A stretch of DNA of 64,000 bases. Source: an uncultured Aliarcobacter sp. (GTDB lineage Bacteria; Campylobacterota; Campylobacteria; Campylobacterales; Arcobacteraceae). The stretch is taken from contig OY781945.1 of assembly GCA_963677435.1 (NCBI GenBank), positions 1,408,001 to 1,472,000 of the forward strand, written 5' to 3'. Positions within the stretch are counted from its first letter, which is position 1. Each line of letters opens with the position of its first letter. Shown piece after piece: positions 19,054-29,714 of this stretch. Position numbers and translations under genes: made by a program. Under the pieces are notes generated by a model. It made no database searches and was not told where the DNA came from. It saw nothing but the letters and a program-made list of their open reading frames with translations.

Positions 19054-22000
19054 TAAGCTTGGATTAAAAGAGATAAGATTTATAAACAGTGGCCATTTCC
19101 CTAATGAAAGTATAATAATTGATGATTTTACCCTTTTACTTGGTAGTTCAGGTGTTGGAAAAACAACTGTTATGAGTGCTATTTGTTACTTTTATACTAT
19201 GGATAAATCTAAAACTAGACCACTTGAAAAAGAACTTAGTTTTTATGATTGGCATTTAAAAGGTATCTATGCTCATTTGATTTATATTTATGAAAATAGT
19301 ATTGGAAGAAATGCACTTATTTTAAGTAAAGATGATGGAAAAGTAAAACATACATTTATCAATATTCACAATTATGAAGAAGACCTAAGTACTTTATATT
19401 TAGATTCTGACAAAAGATGTTTGAGTTTAAAAGAGATTTTAGCGAATTGTGTAAAAAAATCTTTGATTTATTATAAAAGTGAAACGGTAGCAACTTTTAG
19501 AAAAATGATGTGTAGAAAAAGTTATAGAATGTTACCAAATAAAGATAAACCTGAATTGGATTTCTCTTTTTATGATAGTGAAGAATCGGCAAATATCTTT
19601 GGTAAATATCTTTTTAATATCTATTCAAATTCATCAGTTAGGGATAAAGGTATCAAAGATATGCTTATTTCACTAATTGGAGAAAAAGAGTATTTTTTAG
19701 ATATTTCAGATTTCAAAAGTAAATTAGCAGATGCCTTAACAAATGTGGCTCATTTTGAACTAATCAAAGATAGAAGAGAAAGGATATTAAGACTTGATGA
19801 TACTGTTATCTCTTATAAAGCTTTGTGTGATGAAATAGACAATATTACTTTTGAACTTGAGACGATTTCTTACAACAAAGATAGAATAAAAACAGTTATA
19901 AGTGATAATCATCTTGATTTATTAACCCATCAAAAAATAAATAGTGATAAAAAAGATGAGCTTTCAAAAGAATGGAAAATTAAATCTAGCACTTACAGTA
20001 CACAAATTTCAGATTTAAATATAGAAATAAAAACAAATAAAGAGACATATAATAATTTTCATGAAAAATATAGAATAGAAAATTTAATAACACAACAAGA
20101 TAGACAAAGTGAATTTGAAAAAAAATTAAATGAACTAAATATCAAAGTAAGTGCAATATCAAGTGATATAAAAGAGTTAGAATCAAAAGAAGAGATAGAA
20201 AAACAAAAGGCTAATTCTTTAATAAATGAGAAAAAAGATAATGAGAAAAAAGAGTTAGATTCTAAAAAAGATAATTTAACTGCTGATATATTAAAACTAT
20301 CAAAAGATAAAGAGATTGAAATTGAAGAGGGTATATCTTCATTTGATAAAGAACTTGAAGTTAAAAATAGTGAATATTATCAACTAGATAAAAAAATATC
20401 TCAAGATGAAACAGCACTTTCATATTTGCCAAAACAAGTATTAGAAAATAGTAATACAAAAAAGTTCAAAGATGAAATTGAAAGATTATCTAATTTTAAA
20501 AACTCTATTGAATCACAAGTTTTAATTTTAGAGAAAGAAAAAGATAATCTTGAAAATGAAAAGAATATAAAATTAAAAGAGACCAATGATAAGATTCAAA
20601 GTGAAGTTAGTGAATATATTAAAATCAAAAATGATATTCAATTAAAAATTGATGAACTAAATGTAAAACTAGATCTAGGAAAAAACAATTTATTTGGATT
20701 TTTAAATAAAAACAAAGTTCCTAATAAAACAAAAATTTTAGCTCTTTGTAGTGATGAGATTTTATTTAAAGAGACAAAATTAAAATTTTCAATAGAAACA
20801 AGTAATGATACTTTTTATGGTCTAAAAATTGATGGTGATGTTGAATCCCTAGCAACTAAATATGAGATTGAAATACTTGAAAATAATAAAGCATCTTTTC
20901 AAAAGCAACGAGATGAATTGGTAGCTAAACATAATATTAAGTATAAAAATTTTCAAGATAATTTAAAAGAAATATCAAATAAATACCAAAAGTTAATACA
21001 AGAAAAATCAAGAGCTACTTATGAATTAACTCCAAAAGTAAAAGATAATGAGATAAAAATATCTAATGAAAGAAAAAGATTAGAAGAAGAAATTATAAGA
21101 TTGAAAGATGAACTTGATAAAAATATTATTGATAAAAAAGAGCATTTTAAAAAAGACAAAGAACAATTATCTTCCCTAAAAGAGTATTTAACAAATATAA
21201 AAGCTAATAAGTTAAATTTTATTTCTGAAATCAATAAAAAATATAGTAGCGAAGATTTTAGATTAAATACAGAATTAAACAAGTGCCAACAAGATATAAA
21301 TAGTATTAATAAAAAATATAAAGAACAAATAGAAGATTCGGATAAAAGAATTCATGAAATATACAATGAAATCAAAAAAAATGAAAATATTAATATAGAA
21401 GAACTCGAATCCTTTCAAAGAACTATTAGAGAATTAGAAAAATCTATTAAAGATATTAATAATAATAGAGCTTTAGTTGCAAGATATAAGGATGAGGTAT
21501 TACCAAAGTATAATAAAATTCCTTTTTTAAAGGAGCAATATGCCCAAATAATCAAACAAAGAGACAATGACAGAGATTATTTTGAAAAAGAGATTGCAGT
21601 TCTTGATGAAAAATTAAATGAAATAGAAAAAAATATTGATATTTGGAAAAGTTATGCTGAATCATTTAAAACTTTTGAACTTGAAATTTCTGAAGTAAAT
21701 TCAAATAAAACCTATGAAGCTTACAGTGATGATGAAATAAAACTTTTACTTAATAGTAAAAAGAATATTAATATACTTGAAAGATTTAAAACTCTTATAA
21801 ATCAACAAAGTGAAAAAGAAAAAACTATCATACTTGAAACTGGAAAAATAATTGATGGAATTCCATCTGATAATATGATGAAATTAAAAACAAAATTTGA
21901 CATAAATAGTTTTGAAGATAATATAGACCAGTATATTGTAATAGCAAAATCATATGCAGATTTTATTAAAACAAAATTTGATATAGAAGGAACGAGCCTA

Positions 22001-22741
22001 CAATTACACCGATTAATAGAAGCTATAAATGATGCTGTAAGTAAAATATCTCATATAAAAGGAACTTTTAATAGTATTGTAAAAGATGTAAATAAAATAA
22101 ACCTAACAATGAACAAAGGGATTGAAAATATTGCTGTAATTGATTCTATAAAATTAAATTTCAAAAATACAGGAAAAGATGAAATAGTAACAAGTATTGA
22201 AAGTATTGGAGATATGTTAAGTGCTAATATGTTGATTGGATATGAAAACAGCCACAGATCTGAACAAGTAAAAAATGAACTTGTAAAAATAGCCCAAGAT
22301 TTACAAATAGTTCTTGAAAAAACATTTAAAAAAAATATTACAGTTGCAGATATTAGTACTTTAACCTTTGATGTTAGTGAAAATGCTCAAGTAACAAAAG
22401 GAATTGCAACCCTTGATAGTGTAGGAAGTAATGGAACATCTATTATGATAAAAGCCATTATTTATATAACTTTACTTCGTATGGTTGCAAATAAATTTAC
22501 AAATAGTGAAGATATAAAATATCATTGTATCATCGATGAAATAGGGCAAATATCAGCAGATTATTTTACAGAGTTAATGAAATATGCAAGACATTTAGAG
22601 TTTGTATTTATAAATGGAACAGCTGCTAATGATGATGATATTATTGAAGCATATCCAAGAATATACATGGGGACAAGAGAAAGCTCAAATCATGTAGAAC
22701 TTAATTTAATAGATGCCCGAAATGCAATGGAAGATTGGTAA
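19043..22741 (+). CDS. jetC: SMC-family ATPase (JetC/MksB-like)
   Basis: N-terminal Walker A GSSGVGKTT, about 900 aa of coiled coil with a central break, C-terminal signature-like VGSNGTS and Walker B CIIDEIG. Confidence 0.85.
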   Translation: MNYNKLGLKEIRFINSGHFPNESIIIDDFTLLLGSSGVGKTTVMSAICYFYTMDKSKTRPLEKELSFYDWHLKGIYAHLIYIYENSIGRNALILSKDDGKVKHTFINIHNYEEDLSTLYLDSDKRCLSLKEILANCVKKSLIYYKSETVATFRKMMCRKSYRMLPNKDKPELDFSFYDSEESANIFGKYLFNIYSNSSVRDKGIKDMLISLIGEKEYFLDISDFKSKLADALTNVAHFELIKDRRERILRLDDTVISYKALCDEIDNITFELETISYNKDRIKTVISDNHLDLLTHQKINSDKKDELSKEWKIKSSTYSTQISDLNIEIKTNKETYNNFHEKYRIENLITQQDRQSEFEKKLNELNIKVSAISSDIKELESKEEIEKQKANSLINEKKDNEKKELDSKKDNLTADILKLSKDKEIEIEEGISSFDKELEVKNSEYYQLDKKISQDETALSYLPKQVLENSNTKKFKDEIERLSNFKNSIESQVLILEKEKDNLENEKNIKLKETNDKIQSEVSEYIKIKNDIQLKIDELNVKLDLGKNNLFGFLNKNKVPNKTKILALCSDEILFKETKLKFSIETSNDTFYGLKIDGDVESLATKYEIEILENNKASFQKQRDELVAKHNIKYKNFQDNLKEISNKYQKLIQEKSRATYELTPKVKDNEIKISNERKRLEEEIIRLKDELDKNIIDKKEHFKKDKEQLSSLKEYLTNIKANKLNFISEINKKYSSEDFRLNTELNKCQQDINSINKKYKEQIEDSDKRIHEIYNEIKKNENINIEELESFQRTIRELEKSIKDINNNRALVARYKDEVLPKYNKIPFLKEQYAQIIKQRDNDRDYFEKEIAVLDEKLNEIEKNIDIWKSYAESFKTFELEISEVNSNKTYEAYSDDEIKLLLNSKKNINILERFKTLINQQSEKEKTIILETGKIIDGIPSDNMMKLKTKFDINSFEDNIDQYIVIAKSYADFIKTKFDIEGTSLQLHRLIEAINDAVSKISHIKGTFNSIVKDVNKINLTMNKGIENIAVIDSIKLNFKNTGKDEIVTSIESIGDMLSANMLIGYENSHRSEQVKNELVKIAQDLQIVLEKTFKKNITVADISTLTFDVSENAQVTKGIATLDSVGSNGTSIMIKAIIYITLLRMVANKFTNSEDIKYHCIIDEIGQISADYFTELMKYARHLEFVFINGTAANDDDIIEAYPRIYMGTRESSNHVELNLIDARNAMEDW

Positions 22742-23622
22742 TGCCAATTAATATAACTATTAATAACTTCAAAGCTATAAAAATACTTCTAAGAGATAAA
22801 TATATAGCCAAAAGCCTTTTTACTTCTAAAAAACTCTTAGAAGAGTTTATAGGATGCAATTGCGTGTATATTAGTGGAAAACCACAACAAATATATTTAA
22901 ATGATGAAGAAGCACTTTTTGGAGTGATTAAAACAAATGGATATAAGGTAAATTCTATAGAAGATTTAGATTATTTTATAGAGCAAAATGAGAATCCTAA
23001 AAGTCGTGATGAAATCGCAGATAATTATTCCCATACAAAAAGAGTTGAATCAAAAAGTTTTAATGGTCTAATGATAAATGTACTTGATAAACTAGAAGTT
23101 ACATGTAATGATAAAAAACAATATTTCTATGCAATGGAAGGGATGGGTTTATTTATACATTATACTTCAAAACTACAACTAGACGATGAGGTAATTGTTG
23201 TTGGCGTAGAAAATCCTCAAGTAGTGTGGTATATAAATAAATATAAACACCTATTTAATAAAGAAAAAAAGTATCTATTTTTATGTATAAGTGAATACAA
23301 AACAACTTATCAATATAAATGGCTTGAATCTTTTTTGGGAGAATATCTTCATTTTGGAGATTTTGATTTAGCAGGTATTAATATTTATCTTAACACAATC
23401 GTTCCCAAATTAAAAAATTGCAAATCACACTCTTATTTGATACCAGATGATATTTATGAAAAAATCAAAAAAAGAAATTATCAAAAAGATTATTCAAATC
23501 AAACGAGATATTTGAATATAGAATCAAAATTTGAACCTAAGTTACAAGAGTTAATATCTTTTATAAAAGATACTAAATCAACTTTTGAGCAGGAAATGTT
23601 AAAAAAGGATATTGATTATTAA
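22735..23622 (+). CDS. jetD: Toprim-domain nuclease (JetD/MksG-like)
   Basis: VGVENP catalytic Glu, HFGDFDLAG DxD motif and C-terminal FEQE; overlaps the SMC stop. Confidence 0.8.
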   Translation: MVMPINITINNFKAIKILLRDKYIAKSLFTSKKLLEEFIGCNCVYISGKPQQIYLNDEEALFGVIKTNGYKVNSIEDLDYFIEQNENPKSRDEIADNYSHTKRVESKSFNGLMINVLDKLEVTCNDKKQYFYAMEGMGLFIHYTSKLQLDDEVIVVGVENPQVVWYINKYKHLFNKEKKYLFLCISEYKTTYQYKWLESFLGEYLHFGDFDLAGINIYLNTIVPKLKNCKSHSYLIPDDIYEKIKKRNYQKDYSNQTRYLNIESKFEPKLQELISFIKDTKSTFEQEMLKKDIDY

Positions 23623-23626
23623 GTCT

Positions 23627-23663
23627 AGAAAAAAAGAGAAAGTATATTTTCTTTTTTTTCTTT
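23627..23663 (+). terminator. Probable terminator after SMC-Toprim operon
   Basis: AGAAAAAAAGAGAAA...TTTCTTTTTTTTCT weak hairpin followed by a T run. Confidence 0.5.
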
Positions 23664-23789
23664 AAAGTTTGTTCAAAATTGCAAATTTAAAATAAATGAG
23701 CCTAATAATATGTAAAATAGATTAATAAATTACAAGGAAATTATTATAAACTAAAAGATATTATAGTTATAATAGAATTATATTAATTA

Positions 23790-24422
23790 TTGGGAAAAAC
23801 ATTGGAAGAAAAAAATATAGTTTGGCATGATACAAATATAACTAAAAATGACAGAAATAGTTTATTAAATCAAAAACCTTGTGTATTGTGGTTTACAGGA
23901 CTTAGTGGAAGTGGAAAGTCAACAATTGCAAATGCTGTTGAAAAAAAATTATTTAATAAAAGTAGAAAAACATATTTACTTGATGGAGATAATGTTAGGC
24001 ATGGTTTAAATAAAGATTTAGGTTTCCTTGAATCCGATAGGATTGAAAATATAAGAAGAATAGGTGAAGTAAGTAAACTTTTTGTAGATGCAGGTCTCAT
24101 TGTATTAACGGCTTTTATTAGCCCTTTTAAAAGTGATAGACAAATAGCAAAGAGTTTAGTCGGATATGATGAATTTATAGAAATATTTATTGATACTCCT
24201 CTTGAAATTTGTGAAGAAAGAGATTCAAAAGGGTTTTATAAAAAAGCTAGAAGTGGCGCAATTAAAAATTTTACAGGAATAGATTCTCCTTATGAAAAAC
24301 CAGAAAATCCGCAAATTCACATACAAACAGTTAAAAATACTATAGAAGAATGTGTAGATATTATAATAAATCATTTAATTAAATTTGGTTATATAGAAGA
24401 AAATAATGATTATGCAATTTAG
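23790..24422 (+). CDS. cysC: Adenylyl-sulfate (APS) kinase
   Basis: WFTGLSGSGKST, LDGDNVRHGL, DRIENIRR and FTGIDSPYE motifs. Confidence 0.95.
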   Translation: MGKTLEEKNIVWHDTNITKNDRNSLLNQKPCVLWFTGLSGSGKSTIANAVEKKLFNKSRKTYLLDGDNVRHGLNKDLGFLESDRIENIRRIGEVSKLFVDAGLIVLTAFISPFKSDRQIAKSLVGYDEFIEIFIDTPLEICEERDSKGFYKKARSGAIKNFTGIDSPYEKPENPQIHIQTVKNTIEECVDIIINHLIKFGYIEENNDYAI

Positions 24423-24472
24423 TGGAATTTATAAAGAAAGTATAAAAATTAATTTTACAAGAGGATTTTACA

Positions 24473-25048
24473 TTGAATTTTATAAGAACTACAATTCCTG
24501 ATGTAATAATTTGTGAACCTGAAATATTTGCAGATGAAAGAGGATATTTTGTTGAGACATTTAGAGAAGATAAATTAGAAAAATTTTTAGGATTTAAAGT
24601 AAACTTTTGCCAAGATAGTGAAAGTAAGTCTTCTTATGGAGTATTAAGAGGACTTCATTATCAAATACCACCTTATGCTCAAACCAAATTAGTAAGAGTT
24701 ATTAAAGGAAAAGTTTTAGATATAGCCATTGATATAAGGGAAGGTAGCCCTACTTTTGGAGAATATACAGCAGTAGAATTAAGTGAAGATAATAAAAGAC
24801 AACTTTTTATTCCTATAGGATTTGCTCATGGCTTTGTGGTTTTATCTGAAGATGCAATTTTTACATATAAAGTAGATAGTTACTATTACCCTGAGTTTGA
24901 AAGAGGAATAGCTTTTGATGACAAGGATATAAATATAAATTGGCAAATCAATCAATCTAAATTACAACTATCTTTAAAAGATACGAAGCAACCTAAATTT
25001 AAGGATATAAAAGAGCTATTTAAATTTGAGTTAAATTACTATGTCTAA
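24473..25048 (+). CDS. rfbC: dTDP-4-dehydrorhamnose 3,5-epimerase
   Basis: DERGYF, GVLRGLHYQ, QTKLVRV and GFAHGF motifs. Confidence 0.95.
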   Translation: MNFIRTTIPDVIICEPEIFADERGYFVETFREDKLEKFLGFKVNFCQDSESKSSYGVLRGLHYQIPPYAQTKLVRVIKGKVLDIAIDIREGSPTFGEYTAVELSEDNKRQLFIPIGFAHGFVVLSEDAIFTYKVDSYYYPEFERGIAFDDKDININWQINQSKLQLSLKDTKQPKFKDIKELFKFELNYYV

Positions 25049-25913
25049 TCTAAAGATATTAGTTACTGGTTCAACTGGACAATTAGGAAGTGAAATAAAA
25101 GAATTGTCATCAAAATATCCTTATGATTTTTTTTTTACAAATAGAATAAGTTTAGATATAACAAATAAAGAAAAAATAAAAATTTTTTGTCAAACTAATA
25201 AAATAAATGTAATAGTTAATTGTGCAGCATATACAGCAGTTGATAAAGCAGAAAAAGATGAAAAGAATGCCGATATAGTAAATAGAAAAGCTATAAAAAA
25301 ATTGGCATTAGTTTCTAAAAAACTTAATATAAAATTAATACATATTAGTACAGATTATGTATTTGATGGTAAGAATTTTAAGCCATACTGTGAAGAGTAT
25401 CAAGTTAATCCTCAAAGTGTGTATGGTAAAACAAAACTTGAAGGTGAAAAAGAACTAATAAATATAAATCCCAGAAATTCTATAATTATAAGAACTTCTT
25501 GGTTATATAGCTATTATGGAAATAACTTTGTAAAGACTATGCTAAGACTTGGCAAAGAAAAAGATTTTTTAGAAATAATTTTTGATCAAATAGGTACTCC
25601 TACTTATGCAAGAGATTTAGGTAAATTAATTTTAGATATTGTATCAAAAATACAAAATGAAAAAGTTGAGATTTATAATTATTCAAATGAGGGAGTAGTG
25701 TCTTGGTATGATTTTGCTAAAGAGATAATGAAAATGTCAAAGTTAGATTGTAAAATAAATCCAATAGAAACTTATCAGTATCCTACTCTAGCCACAAGAC
25801 CATATCTTTCTTTATTAAATAAATCAAAAATAAAACAAAAGTTCAATATAAATATTCCGTATTGGAAAGATAGTTTAGACGATTGTTTAAGAAGATTAGA
25901 AGAGAGAAAATAA
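25041..25913 (+). CDS. rfbD: dTDP-4-dehydrorhamnose reductase
   Basis: GSTGQLG, NCAAYTAVDKAE, HISTDYVFDG and YGKTKLEGE motifs. Confidence 0.95.
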   Translation: MSNLKILVTGSTGQLGSEIKELSSKYPYDFFFTNRISLDITNKEKIKIFCQTNKINVIVNCAAYTAVDKAEKDEKNADIVNRKAIKKLALVSKKLNIKLIHISTDYVFDGKNFKPYCEEYQVNPQSVYGKTKLEGEKELININPRNSIIIRTSWLYSYYGNNFVKTMLRLGKEKDFLEIIFDQIGTPTYARDLGKLILDIVSKIQNEKVEIYNYSNEGVVSWYDFAKEIMKMSKLDCKINPIETYQYPTLATRPYLSLLNKSKIKQKFNINIPYWKDSLDDCLRRLEERK

Positions 25914-26133
25914 ATCTTTAATAATAATGCAAAAATACTGATAATGGGATACAACAAATTTTAATTAGGTATAAAATCATATATTAATTTATAAAAGGTA
26001 AATATTTACTAAATTTAATATCAAATGGGATTCTTCTTAGAGAATAAAAAGTAATGAAAATGTATAATTTAAAATATTTCCTATATAATAAATATTATAT
26101 ATTTTATAAGAATTAAATGATTTGGAGATGTAA

Positions 26134-27474
26134 TTGACTAACATAATATTATGTGGTGGTAGTGGCACAAGACTTTGGCCGATGAGTAGAACACTATTTC
26201 CAAAACAATTTATAAGACTTTTTGATAATAAATCTTTATTCCAATTAACTGTGGAACGTAATAAATTTTTTTGTGATAAAGAACTTATTGTGTCAAATGC
26301 AGAACAATATTTTTTGGCAATTGATCAATTAGAAGAGTTAAAAGAAGAAAATAGTTCTTATATTCTTGAACCCATAGGTCGAAATACAGCTCCCGCTATT
26401 GCTTTAGCTTGTATGAGTCTTGAGAAAGATGAAATTGTATTTGTAACCCCAAGTGATCATTTAATAAAAAATAAAAAAGAATATGAAAAAGTAGTGCAAG
26501 AAGCAAAAGAATTTGTAAATAATGGATTTTTAGTAACTTTTGGTATAACACCAACTTTTGCAGAGACAGGATATGGATATATAGAAGCTATAGGAAATGA
26601 CGTAAAAGCATTTCATGAAAAACCAGAATATAAAACAGCTCAAAAATATTTTGAAGGAGGTAATTATTACTGGAATTCTGGAATGTTTATGTTTAAAGCA
26701 GGAGTATTTTTAGAAGAACTTAAAAAATATTCTTTGAGTATTTATCAATCATCAAAAATAGCATTTGAAAATGCAAAAAAAGAAAATATTATAAGAATAA
26801 AATATGAAGATATGATAAATATTAATGAAGATAGTATTGATTATGCAGTAATGGAAAAATCACATAAGGTAAAAGTAATACCTTCAAATATAGAGTGGTC
26901 AGATGTTGGTACCTTTGATTCTCTGTCAAATGAATTACCAAATGATGAGAATAATAATTTTATTATCTCAGAAAAACATGTTTCTATAATTGATTTAAAA
27001 GATTTGATTATAATAGATACAAATGATGCATTATTAATTTCTAAAAAAGGATCAACTCAAAAAGTTAAAAATGTAGTTGATAATTTAAAAATTTGTAGTG
27101 ATAAATTGACATCAGAACATTCAATGATTTATCGACCATGGGGTACATATACTGTTCTTGAAGATTCAAATGGATATAAAATTAAAAAAATATGTGTTAA
27201 ACCAGGATCTAGATTAAGCTTACAAAAGCATTTTCACAGAAATGAACACTGGATAGTATTAAGTGGATGTGCAACTATTACAAAAGGTTCAGAAAAGTTT
27301 ATTTTAAATCCAAATGAAAGTACTTATATAAAAGCAGGACAACTTCATAGATTGGAAAATGAAGGTAAATTGCCACTTGTAATAATAGAAGCTCAAGTAG
27401 GTGAATACACAGGGGAAGATGATATCGTAAGAATTGAAGATGATTTTAGTAGAGAGGATAGTAAATATGTCTGA
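26134..27474 (+). CDS. manC: Mannose-1-phosphate guanylyltransferase / mannose-6-phosphate isomerase
   Basis: [31 protein letters not shown]-terminal cupin RPWG...SLQKH. Confidence 0.95.
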   Translation: MTNIILCGGSGTRLWPMSRTLFPKQFIRLFDNKSLFQLTVERNKFFCDKELIVSNAEQYFLAIDQLEELKEENSSYILEPIGRNTAPAIALACMSLEKDEIVFVTPSDHLIKNKKEYEKVVQEAKEFVNNGFLVTFGITPTFAETGYGYIEAIGNDVKAFHEKPEYKTAQKYFEGGNYYWNSGMFMFKAGVFLEELKKYSLSIYQSSKIAFENAKKENIIRIKYEDMININEDSIDYAVMEKSHKVKVIPSNIEWSDVGTFDSLSNELPNDENNNFIISEKHVSIIDLKDLIIIDTNDALLISKKGSTQKVKNVVDNLKICSDKLTSEHSMIYRPWGTYTVLEDSNGYKIKKICVKPGSRLSLQKHFHRNEHWIVLSGCATITKGSEKFILNPNESTYIKAGQLHRLENEGKLPLVIIEAQVGEYTGEDDIVRIEDDFSREDSKYV

Positions 27475-28612
27475 AAAAAAAATTGCTTTAATAACAGGAA
27501 TAACTGGACAAGATGGTAGCTATCTTGCCGAATTTCTTTTAAAGAAAGGTTATATAGTACATGGTATAAAACGAAGAACTTCTCTTTTTAATACAGATAG
27601 AATAGATCATTTATATCAAGATCCTCATATTGAAAATAGAAATTTTATACTTCATTATGGAGATATGACAGATAGTATGAATCTAACAAAAATTATACAA
27701 GAAACAAAACCAGATGAGATATATAATCTTGCAGCAATGAGTCATGTTGCAGTTTCATTTGAAACACCAGAATATGTTGCTAATACTGATGGTATTGGAA
27801 CACTGAGATTACTTGAATCTGTACGATTACTTGGACTTGAAAAAAAGACAAAGTTATATCAAGCTAGTACTAGTGAACTCTATGGAAAAGTTCAAGAGAT
27901 ACCTCAAACTGAAACTACTCCTTTTTATCCAAGAAGTCCTTATGCTGTAGCAAAAATGTATGCGTACTGGATAACTGTAAATTATAGGGAAGCATATGAT
28001 ATATTTGCTTGTAATGGGATATTATTTAATCATGAATCACCAATAAGAGGTGAAACCTTTGTAACAAGAAAAATTACAAGAGCAACCAGTAAAATAGTAC
28101 TTAACCTTCAAGATAAACTTTATCTTGGGAATTTAGATGCAAAAAGAGATTGGGGACATGCTAAAGATTATGTAAAAATGATGTGGATGATATTACAAGC
28201 TGATGAACCAGAAGATTGGGTAATAGCAACAGGTCAAACCACAGCAGTACGAGATTTTGTAAAATTTGCATTTGAATATGTTGGAATAAATTTGAAATTT
28301 GAAAATACTGGCATAGATGAAGTTGGAATTATAGATTCTTTTGATAAAGAAAAATTAGAGAACCTTAAGATAGATTTATCTCATCTTAAAATAGGAGATA
28401 CTTTAGTATGTGTTGATCCAAAATATTTCAGACCAACTGAAGTTGATATACTTTTAGGAGATCCCTCTAAGGCAGAAAAAAAACTTGGTTGGAATAGGGA
28501 ATATAATTTACAAGATTTGGTAAATGATATGATGGCAAGTGATTTAAAATTAATGACAAAAGAACAATATCTCAAAGATGGTGGTTACAAAATAATGAAT
28601 TATTTTGAATAG
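27467..28612 (+). CDS. gmd: GDP-mannose 4,6-dehydratase
   Basis: [32 protein letters not shown] and [10 protein letters not shown] motifs; likely start ATG 27467. Confidence 0.97.
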   Translation: MSEKKIALITGITGQDGSYLAEFLLKKGYIVHGIKRRTSLFNTDRIDHLYQDPHIENRNFILHYGDMTDSMNLTKIIQETKPDEIYNLAAMSHVAVSFETPEYVANTDGIGTLRLLESVRLLGLEKKTKLYQASTSELYGKVQEIPQTETTPFYPRSPYAVAKMYAYWITVNYREAYDIFACNGILFNHESPIRGETFVTRKITRATSKIVLNLQDKLYLGNLDAKRDWGHAKDYVKMMWMILQADEPEDWVIATGQTTAVRDFVKFAFEYVGINLKFENTGIDEVGIIDSFDKEKLENLKIDLSHLKIGDTLVCVDPKYFRPTEVDILLGDPSKAEKKLGWNREYNLQDLVNDMMASDLKLMTKEQYLKDGGYKIMNYFE

Positions 28613-28620
28613 AGTTTTGA

Positions 28621-29667
28621 GTGAAAAAAAATAATAAAATATATATTGCTGGACATAGTGGTTTAGTAGGTAGTGCAATATTTAAAAATATACAAGAAAA
28701 AGGTTACACTAATCTTATATATAAAACTCATGATGAATTAGATTTAACAAATCAATTTGCTGTAAAAGAGTTTTTTGAATTAGAAAAACCAGAATATGTA
28801 ATATTAGCTGCTGCTAAAGTAGGTGGAATAGTTGCAAATAGTAAATATAGAGCAGATTTTATATATGAAAATCTTCAAATACAAAATAATGTGATACATC
28901 AAAGTTATTTAAATAATGTTAAGAAATTATTGTTTTTAGGAAGCAGTTGTATTTATCCCAAAGAATCTCCACAACCAATTAGTGAAGATTGTTTATTAGA
29001 AAGTTCTTTAGAATATACAAATGAGCCATATGCTATAGCAAAAATAGCTGGAATTAAAATGTGTGAAAGTTATAATCTTCAATATGGCACAAATTATATT
29101 TCAGTAATGCCTACTAATCTTTATGGCCCAAATGATAACTTTGATTTAGAAACCTCTCATGTCCTTCCTGCTTTAATACGAAAAATACATTTGGCAAAAC
29201 TTCTAGATGAAAAGAAATATGATGATGTAATAAGAGATTTAGGTGTAAATAACTCTACTGAAGCAGAAGAATATCTTATGAAATTTGGTGTAAGCGCAGA
29301 ACAAGTAGAAATATGGGGTACAGGAAATCCACGACGCGAGTTTTTATATAGTGAAGATATGGCTGATGCTTGTATATTTTTATTAGAAAATAAAGATTTT
29401 AAAGATACTTATAATAAAAATGATAAAGAGATAAAAAATACACACATTAATATAGGTACAGGAAAAGATTTATCCATAAAAGAACTTTCAGAATTAATCA
29501 AAGAAATTATTGGATATAAAGGTAAACTTTTTTTTAATACAGATAAACCAGATGGAACAATGTTAAAATTAATTAATACTCAAAAATTAGATAATCTAGG
29601 ATGGAAGTATAGTATGGAATTGAATAAAGGAATACAACAAGTTTATCAATGGTATTTAAGTAAATAA
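28621..29667 (+). CDS. fcl: GDP-L-fucose synthase
   Basis: AGHSGLVG, AAKVGGI, LGSSCIYP, NEPYAIAK and MPTNLYG motifs. Confidence 0.93.
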   Translation: MKKNNKIYIAGHSGLVGSAIFKNIQEKGYTNLIYKTHDELDLTNQFAVKEFFELEKPEYVILAAAKVGGIVANSKYRADFIYENLQIQNNVIHQSYLNNVKKLLFLGSSCIYPKESPQPISEDCLLESSLEYTNEPYAIAKIAGIKMCESYNLQYGTNYISVMPTNLYGPNDNFDLETSHVLPALIRKIHLAKLLDEKKYDDVIRDLGVNNSTEAEEYLMKFGVSAEQVEIWGTGNPRREFLYSEDMADACIFLLENKDFKDTYNKNDKEIKNTHINIGTGKDLSIKELSELIKEIIGYKGKLFFNTDKPDGTMLKLINTQKLDNLGWKYSMELNKGIQQVYQWYLSK

Positions 29668-29714
29668 TGAAAATTGTATGATACTTGGTTTACTTTTTAT
29701 AGGAGAAATTAATT

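Noticed and set aside
25127..25136. T10 tract in rfbD as a phase-variation site
   Set aside because: The gene is in frame, A/T runs are common in this DNA, and no long poly-G/C tracts of the Campylobacter type were seen in the glycan locus.
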